Positions 1 to 5,560 of a stretch of 5,986 nt of DNA are shown piece by piece. The translations under genes and the position numbers were made by a program. Source of the DNA: Octopus sinensis (Eukaryota); NCBI RefSeq assembly GCF_006345805.1, contig NW_021829561.1, positions 1 to 5,986 on the forward strand, given 5' to 3'. Positions within the stretch are counted from its first letter, which is position 1, and each line of letters begins with the position of its first letter. The notes beneath the pieces are model-generated. The model worked only from the letters and a program-made list of their open reading frames with translations. It ran no database searches and was not told the DNA's origin.

Positions 1-71
1 TAGATGCTATCCCAGGCCGACTAAATCAACTAAATCTTTATTCCAATCAACCTGGATTATATTATGGACAA
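1..71 (+). pseudogene. cox2: Mitochondrial cytochrome c oxidase subunit II fragment (probable NUMT), truncated by the window start and broken just before the CuA motif
   Basis: Frame 3..71 reads DAIPGRLNQLNLYSNQPGLYYGQ, the conserved COX2 DAxPGRLNQ...PGxxYGQ segment. The preceding (A)TA fits Met in the invertebrate mitochondrial code. The expected CSEICGANHSFMP continuation is absent after 71. Confidence 0.85.
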
Positions 72-176
72 TCTCATAACACCTCCACCCAATCATCCCT
101 ATCCTACTTACCTCTCTTTCTCTCATTATTGTGTTCAAACCCTGCACTAATCACCAATCTTGGTCCCCTGGAAGTA

Positions 177-293
177 GGGATTGCTGCAGTCTTCTCCTTG
201 ATAGATTCTAGCATGTCTATGTCTGTAACAGCAGCACCATCGCTCCATAGTGGTCCTCACCTGATTTTTTTGTAGAGTATTAATTAGAGACAA
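177..293 (-). mobile_element. Possible heavily decayed LINE AP-endonuclease (APE) C-terminal remnant
   Basis: The minus frame reads LSLINTLQKNQV...MERWCCCYRHRHARIYQGEDCSNP. This resembles, in the right order, the RTE-type APE motifs LxIxNTLFQ / NQIDY / RW / ARxYPGADCxSDHNP, but needs deletions and lacks the catalytic SDH. Confidence 0.35.
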
Positions 294-1118
294 AAATATC
301 TTCTGGCTCTGAAGAAAATAGTCAGTCTTTGGGATCCATTTAAGAATTTGCTTTCACCAAAACAGATCATCATCATTATACCAGAGAGGAGATTATGAGG
401 ACCCTTGCTTAGTACTTACTACTCATAATTAAATGGAATGTATTACAATGGTGTTTTCTTGATATAAGTAGTGTATATGTTTTTATATGTGTTTTCTTTC
501 TATTGAAAGAGACAGGATTGCCATATCTTAATTGGAGGAATTCTTTTGAGGTCACAGAATCAGTGTGAGTTTAGCCAGTAATGTCAAGACTGTGAGTGGA
601 ATGGACAGGGAATGAGAAGAAGTGTCACCTGTGTAAGAGTAATTGAAGATGGAAAGGGCAGCAAATTAGAAAGAAGAGAGCAGGAGACGAGAGTGGAAGA
701 TAAAACTGAATCCTGTGGTGAAAGGTTGTTGCATTTCAGAAAACCTGCCTAATTTTATAATGTTACGCCAAGCTTAAAGCATTTCAGAAGAATGTTATTC
801 CACAAGCATCAACAAAATCTTAATAGCCTGTGATATTGTTAAAAATTAATAATTTCTTTGAAAAGGTGTAAGATGAACAGTCAAGCATTGGTTCGTGCCT
901 TGTATATATTTATGAACCATAAAAGGTCAAAATGCCAAGTCAGCCTGTACAGATCTGAACAATCTACCTTCTAAATCCTCTTGAGACATATCTACTTATC
1001 TTGTATTGTCATAACTCTGATTAATTCAGGTTACATACAATGGGTATCTTGTTTTTGAATCATTGGGAGTGGTAAGATTAGACAAAATATTTTTTGTTGT
1101 TTATCCGCTCGCAAAAAA

Positions 1119-1205
1119 CATATCTGTGTATATGTATTCATGAATATATGAATATATGAATATAAACACACAAACACACGTATATAGATATATACATACA
1201 AATAC

Positions 1206-1238
<33 letters not shown>

Positions 1239-1330
1239 TGCATGTATGTATGTATGTATGCATATGTACATGTACCTACCTACATACATACATATATGTA
1301 CTTGTATATATATATATATATACACATATA
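1119..1330. repeat. Compound microsatellite: (TATG)n core about 1209-1260, with (TA)n, (CA)n and (TACA)n parts
   Basis: Directly visible simple repeats. Confidence 0.95.
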
Positions 1331-1437
1331 AAAATTAGAAAAAAACTACCTTTTATCAATTTAAAATGAACAATTAAATTACACCAATAGAAAATTACAT
1401 ATAATAGAAATATTAAAATTAAAATGACAATAAAATA
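1326..1437 (+). repeat. Left arm (Y) of a roughly 113 bp inverted repeat
   Basis: ATATAAAAATTAGAAAAAAACTACCTTTTATCAATTTAAAATGAAC...GACAATAAAATA aligns by hand to the reverse complement of 1586-1700 with about 10 differences (about 90% identity). Confidence 0.92.
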
Positions 1438-1503
1438 CCGATGATTAAGTAAATTGCAAAAAAAAAAAAAACGTAATAAAAACATATATAATTGGTAGAA
1501 TAA

Positions 1504-1549
1504 CATACATACATATATACATACATACATACATATATGTATTTGCATG

Positions 1550-1581
<32 letters not shown>
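1504..1581. repeat. Compound (TACA)n/(TG)n microsatellite; inverted counterpart (X') of 1160-1227
   Basis: Simple repeats are visible. The reverse complement of 1517-1556 matches 1188-1227 at 39 of 40 nt, including the CAAAT interruption. Confidence 0.85.
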
Positions 1582-1582
<1 letters not shown>

Positions 1583-1585
1583 TTA

Positions 1586-1700
1586 TATGTTTATTGTTAT
1601 TTTAATTTTAATATTTCTAATATATGTAATTTTCTAGATGGTGTAATTTAATTCTTCATTTTGAATTGATAAAAGGTGGGGTTTTTTCTAATTTTTATAT
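1586..1700 (-). repeat. Right arm (Y') of the roughly 113 bp inverted repeat
   Basis: Reverse complement of 1326-1437 at about 90% identity. Confidence 0.92.
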
Positions 1701-1788
1701 ATATATTATATTGTGAGAAATTTGATTTAGTATTTCTAAATTGAATTTTTCCATGTAAGTTAGGATTAATATTCCCTCAAATAATTAT

Positions 1789-1834
1789 TATATATATACA
1801 CATATACATATGTAGATATATATGCGTATATATA
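1789..1834. repeat. Degenerate (TA)n microsatellite at the mariner 3' end
   Basis: TATATATATACACATATACATATGTAGATATATATGCGTATATATA. Confidence 0.85.
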
Positions 1835-1858
1835 GAACAAAAGCATGTACAGCTTTTT
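1831..1858. repeat. Candidate degenerate mariner terminal inverted repeat
   Basis: TATAGAACAAAAGCATGTACAGCTTTTT lies 43-70 bp beyond the transposase stop, next to a TA run, and loosely resembles mariner TIR architecture (CAAAAG...TTTTT). The partner TIR is not seen. Confidence 0.35.
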
Positions 1859-2303
1859 AAGTAAGATTCAAAAACAATATATAGATATTCACACATATCT
1901 TTATTCAACCACATGTATCTCATTTTGACCCAATACATTTCATTATCTTTGGGGCAACTTCATGATCCCATTCTCTCAGAGTTGAGCATCTTTCTGGGTC
2001 ATGATTTGGTCCAAATGGTTTTTATAATCTTTCAAAGAACTGAAGTTCTTCCATCAACAAGAATTTTGTTGAGGTCAAAATAAATGGTAAACTGAAGATA
2101 AATATAGTGGGTGCAGTAGAACTTCCCAGCCAAGCTAACATGAGGCCTAGCATTGTCCTGAAGGATGATGACACTCTTCTGATTGGTCAGTTCTGGACAT
2201 TTTACGTCAATTGCTGCCTTTAACTGGAAATAATAATTGTCTGAATTCAATTTCTGATTTTTGTGGAAGCTGCTTGTAATACACGATGCCCTTCCACTCT
2301 CAC

Positions 2304-2329
<26 letters not shown>
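2304..2329. repeat. (CA)n microsatellite inside the mariner transposase sequence
   Basis: A 24 nt TG expansion (2306-2329) between the minus-strand codons CTC TGT GTA and TGG TGA. Confidence 0.95.
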
Positions 2330-2334
<5 letters not shown>

Positions 2335-2401
2335 AGAGCATCACCTTATAGCAGGACTATTCAGTAATTAGATCATTACACTCAATGTTGCTGTGAAAGA
2401 A

Positions 2402-2557
2402 AAAAATGCATCACCAGATGCATTTAAGGCCAGTCGCAGCTGGTTTTATAATTTCAAGAAGGGGACTGGTGTTCGTGGCATTGTCAGGTGTGGAGAAGCA
2501 GTGAGTTCTGACATGGAGGCAGCTGAGGGGTACATTGCGCAACAGGTATTCAGCTGT
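2402..2557 (+). mobile_element. Tigger/pogo-family transposase fragment (end of the CENP-B-type HTH to the start of the DDE domain), internally deleted
   Basis: FKASRSWFYNFKKGTGVRGIVRCGEAVSSDMEAA-EGYIAQQVFSC matches Tigger FKASRGWFxxFKKRTGIxxxxxHGEAASxD...EGYxPQQVFNCDETG. The linker before EGY is missing and similarity ends just before DETG. Confidence 0.9.
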
Positions 2558-2667
2558 TCGTTTTGTTTTCCATTTGTGTCTTACGTTGTTCCAAAGACTA
2601 GTTCATGTCCCATGTACTCATGCTGTGTACTTTTCTGTTGTACACGTTTTGTGATGTCCTGTGCCCA

Positions 2668-2740
2668 CATATGCATATATATATATATATATATATATTT
2701 ATAGATGCATATATGTACATATACATATGTATATATGCAT
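2668..2740. repeat. (TA)n/(TACA)n microsatellite
   Basis: Pure TA run at 2675-2698 with degenerate flanks. Confidence 0.95.
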
Positions 2741-2948
2741 CTCGTCTGGCACCTGTGCCGGTGGCACGTAAAAAGCACCCACTACACTCACGGAGTGGTT
2801 GGCATTAGGAAGGGCATCCAGCCGTAGAAACACTGCCAGATCAGACTGGGCCTGGTGCAGCCTCCTGGCTTCCCAGACCCCAGTTGAACCGTCCAACCCA
2901 TGCTAGCATGGAAAGCGGACGCTAAACGATGATGATGATGATGATGAT
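2741..2948 (+). mobile_element. RTE LINE family copy A: short, young 3' end with (GAT)7 tail (a non-autonomous partner with the same tail is not excluded)
   Basis: Collinear with the reverse complement of 2967-3160, the 3' end of the RT-bearing copy, and with 5925-5986. Ends in (GAT)7 at 2928-2948, a short tandem tail typical of RTE elements. Nine CpGs are retained. Confidence 0.9.
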
Positions 2949-2966
2949 ATGTGTGTGTGTGTGTGT
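2949..2966. repeat. (TG)n spacer between tail-to-tail LINE ends
   Basis: ATGTGTGTGTGTGTGTGT. Confidence 0.9.
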
Positions 2967-3137
2967 ATCATCATCATCATTGTCGTTGTTTAATGTCTGC
3001 TTTCCATGCTGGCAAGAGTTGGATGGTTTGAATGGGGGCTGGCAAGCCAGAAGGCTGTACCAGACACCAATTCGATCTGGCAAAGTTTCTACAGCTGGAT
3101 GCCCTTCTTAATGCTAACCAATCTGAGTTTGTAGTGG

Positions 3138-3392
3138 GTGCTTTATAGGCACCACTGGCATGAGGGCCAGTCAAGCGGTACTGGCATCGACCATGGTTGA
3201 ATGGAGCTTTTTACATGCCACTGGCATGGGAGCCAGTCAGCCAGCATTGGCAATGACCACGCTCAAATGGTGGTTTTTATGTTCCCCAGCATGGGAGCCA
3301 GTCAAGCAGCACTGGCAAGGATCATGCTCAAATGGTGCTTTTATCATGCCACCGGCACAGGTGCCAATCAGGCAATTCTGTCAACTACCATG
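3138..3392 (-). repeat. 65-66 bp tandem repeat in the 3' UTR of copy B (3 full units plus 1 partial)
   Basis: The motif GCCAGTCA/GCCAATCA occurs at 3166, 3232, 3297 and 3363 (spacings 66, 65, 66). Confidence 0.92.
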
Positions 3393-4127
3393 ACAACAAT
3401 TTCCCTTGCCTCAACAGATCTTCACAAGTGCAGTTTATAGCCCAATGATTGAAAGGTACTTTTAAATGGGTTGGTTATGCTGCACTGGCATAGGCCATGG
3501 TCACGGTCTCACTTGGCTTGCTGAATCTTCTCAAGCACAGCATACCTCCAAAGGTCTCGGTCACTTGCTTCTATGAGGCCCAACATTAGAAGGTCATGCT
3601 TCACCACCTCATCTCAAGTCTTCCTGGGTCTACCTCTTCCACGGGTTCCCTCTACTACTAGGGTGGGACACTTTTTCACACAGCTATCCACATCCATTCG
3701 CAACGCATGACCATACCAGCGCAGTCATCTCTCTTGCACACCACATCTGATGTTTCTTATGTCCAACATTTCTCTGAGGGTGCTTACACTCTGTTGTGTA
3801 TGCACATTGACATTACACATCCAGTGGAGCATACTGGCTTCATACCTTGCAAGCTTATGCATGTCCTCAGCAGTCACAGCCCATGTTTCACTGCCATGTA
3901 GCATGGCTGTTCGTACACATGCATCATACAGTCTGAGCGAGAGGCCTTTTGTCACCAGTAGAGGTAAGAGCTCTCTGAACTTATTCTAGCAGCTACACTT
4001 TCAGAGCATTCAACCTGCTACTGACTAGGTCCCCTAGGTAACGGAAGCTATCAACTATTTCTAGTTTTTCTCCCTGGAATGTGGCAGAAGTTGTTCTCTG
4101 CACATTTTCAGTGTTTATTCCTCCTGA

Positions 4128-4247
4128 GCATCTGCCACATACAAAAACTATCTTCCCAGTTAGCCTTCCTTTGACATTGTTGCACCTCTTATGTGTCCAT
4201 AGCTTACACTGGGTACATCTTATAGAGCTTCTACAGATTGAGCAGGG
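4128..4247 (-). other. PHD-type C4HC3 zinc-finger coding segment inside the LINE RT region
   Basis: The open frame reads PCSICRSSIRCTQCKLWTHKRCNNVKGRLTGKIVFVCGRC, i.e. C-x2-C-x5-C-x2-C-x4-H-x2-C-x14-C-x2-C, between NLAKTKV and LEIVDSFRYLG. Confidence 0.75.
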
Positions 4248-5053
4248 CCTGAAGGAATTTGTGGTTTGTCTGCCTTTCTACTTATTAGGACTTTGGTTTT
4301 AGCTAGGTTGACTCTAAAAAGCCCTTCAATTCTAATCCTTGCTTCCACACCTGAAACTTCTCCTCTAGTTCTGATAATGACTCAGCAATTAGAGCAAGGT
4401 CATCAGCATAGAGAAGCTCCCAGGGCCATAGTGTCTTGAATTCCTCTGTTATTGCCTGGAGGACTATGATGAATAAAAGGGGGCTGAGGGCTGAGCCTTG
4501 GTGGACCCTTACTTCTACCTGGAATTCTTCACTATACTCGTTGCCAATCCTAACCTTAATAACAACCTCTCTGTATAGAGCCTGTACAGCCCTTATCAAC
4601 CATTCGTCAATCTCTAGTTTCCGCATTGCCCATCAGATAAGGGATCGGGGGACCCTGTCAAAGGCTTTCTCCAAATCCACAAAAGCTATGTAGAGGGGTT
4701 TATCTTTAGCTAGGTACTTCTCCTGCAGTTGTCGGACCAGGAATATAGCATCAGTGGTGCTTCTACTCGGCACAAAACCGAACTTCATCTCATCTAAGCA
4801 AATTCTCTACCTAATGGGATGGGTTATGACCCTCTGTGACCTTCATCACCTGATCCAACAGTTTAATACCCTGTAGTTATTTCTATCTAGAGCATCACCC
4901 TTACCCTTTAGCAGTTGACTATGGTGCTGCTACGCCAGTCCATTGGGTATGACTCCATTATGAACTACCTGGTTTACAATGCGGGTGACTAGGCCATAGC
5001 CCACACCACCGATGTTTTAAGCATCTCAGCAGTGATTGCTGATGGGCGGGGGG

Positions 5054-5130
5054 CTTTTCCTGGTTTCATAACCCTTAATTTATACCCTTAATTGCTTTAT
5101 CTACTTTTCCTGGCTTCATACCCTTAATTG
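5054..5130. repeat. Reiterated LINE sequence at the 5' truncation junction
   Basis: CTTTTCCTGGTTTCATAACCCTTAATT (5054-5080), ATACCCTTAATTG (5082-5094), CTTTTCCTGGCTTCATACCCTTAATTG (5104-5130). Confidence 0.9.
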
Positions 5131-5170
5131 ATATTATATAATATATATATATATTAATATATATATATTA
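5131..5170. repeat. (TA)n microsatellite flanking the 5' end of copy B
   Basis: Directly visible. Confidence 0.9.
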
Positions 5171-5483
5171 CATAATAAATATAAGGACATATACATAAAA
5201 TAAGCATACAAACACAGATATGTACACACGAACAACACACGTGAACAAATACAAAGAGTCGTAAACACTTACTTAGATTTTCTGCTTCTCTGAGTCTGTA
5301 AGCGTTTCATTTTGTATTGGTTTATGCAACAGAATAAGAATGTGGTCACACACCCACGTCCACATGAACAATAACAAAAACACATGCACAAATAATGATA
5401 ATATCATTTATTTTTCTACATGAATTTATTGCTGACTCACTCCTGCTCTGTGTTTTGTGTATAATATGTGTTATTTCTGTATG

Positions 5484-5504
5484 AATATATATGTGTGTAT
5501 GAGC

Positions 5505-5543
<39 letters not shown>

Positions 5544-5560
5544 ACTTATATATATTTATA
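5484..5560. repeat. (TA)n microsatellite flanking the 5' end of copy C
   Basis: Nearly pure TA run at 5505-5560. Confidence 0.95.

Larger units (their letters stand above)
1831..2350 (-). mobile_element. Decayed mariner (DD34D) transposon: 3' half of the transposase plus 3' end
   Basis: Across frameshifts the minus strand reads KVMLCV-[TG expansion]-W*EWKGIVYY, NQKLNSDNYYFQLKAAIDVKCPELTNQKSVIILQDNARPHVSL, GWEVLLHPLY..SVYHLF, KNFSSLKDYKNHLDQ..QKDAQL*ENGIMKLPQR**NVLGQNEIHVVE* (stop 1901-1903). These match mariner motifs (WWD, DNARPH, GWEVLPHPPYSPDLAPSDYHLF, GIxKLxxRW). The third catalytic Asp position reads V. Confidence 0.93.
2967..5130 (-). mobile_element. RTE-clade LINE copy B: 5'-truncated before the endonuclease; RT, C-terminal region, about 540 bp 3' UTR and (GAT)n tail
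   Basis: RT peptides occur in the expected order from 5130 to 3509, followed by the 3' UTR 3508-2981 and a tail read as (ATC)4AT on the plus strand at 2967-2980. No TSD is evident because both flanks are microsatellite. Confidence 0.95.
3509..5130 (-). pseudogene. Disrupted reverse transcriptase ORF of the RTE LINE
   Basis: KAIKGMKPGKAP.PS.ITAEMLK; IPNDW.SSTIVNC.KGKGDALDRNNYR.IKLLDQVMKV; LDEMKFGFVPSRSTTDAIFLVRQLQEKYLAKDKPLYIAFVDLEKAFDRVPR; VRVHQGSALSPLLFIIVL; WELLYADDLALIA (YADD at 4410-4399); RVNLAKTKV; LEIVDSFRYLG; LYDACVRTAMLHGSETW; LRWYGHALRM; GTRGRGRPRKT; DRDLWRYAV..K* (stop 3509-3511). Several frameshifts and stops are present. Confidence 0.95.

Noticed and set aside
112-255. 144-nt minus-strand phase 1-1 exon ending at GAG|GTAAGT (…LVISAGFEH…, faintly HDAC-like)
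   Set aside because: It needs a GAG acceptor with no pyrimidine tract, the other nearby acceptor gives stops in all frames, and the peptide similarity is too short.
510-752. Possible plus-strand exon 510-564 and 46-codon ORF 612-752 with TSP1-like GQGMRRSVTC
   Set aside because: There is no WSxCS motif, an in-frame stop lies just upstream, and splice-like motifs are frequent by chance in AT-rich DNA.
1031-1548. ORFs 1031-1243, 1101-1325, 1156-1338 and 1276-1548
   Set aside because: They are translations of stop-free (TATG)n/(TA)n microsatellites and AT-rich arms (YIHT, MYVC repeats), with no protein signal.
1326-1700. Inverted arms as a simple MITE
   Set aside because: TA ends would fit a Tc1/mariner MITE, but there is no recognisable TIR motif or resolvable TSD, and the crossed X/X' repeat does not fit a nested element. 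Kept as an unexplained structure instead.
2032-2334. ORF 2032-2334 as a gene
   Set aside because: It is a chimera of the TG expansion and frameshifted mariner sequence; only the central part is in the transposase frame.
2393-2704. ORF 2393-2704 as an intact protein
   Set aside because: Only about 2420-2557 is clearly Tigger-like; the rest runs into unrelated sequence and (TA)n, with no DDE core.
2581-3440. ORFs 2581-2778, 2605-2808, 2699-2896, 2929-3111, 2977-3174, 3160-3393 and 3201-3440
   Set aside because: They lie in microsatellites and the non-coding LINE 3' UTR downstream of the stop at 3509-3511; the poly-Met comes from the (GAT)n tail.
3707-4693. Plus-strand ORFs 3707-3901, 3750-3989, 4081-4302 and 4436-4693
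   Set aside because: They are antisense shadows of the minus-strand RT coding region.
5262-5300. Minus-strand AA|GTAAGT donor with a possible 23-nt micro-exon
   Set aside because: It is an isolated motif with a weak acceptor and no coding support.
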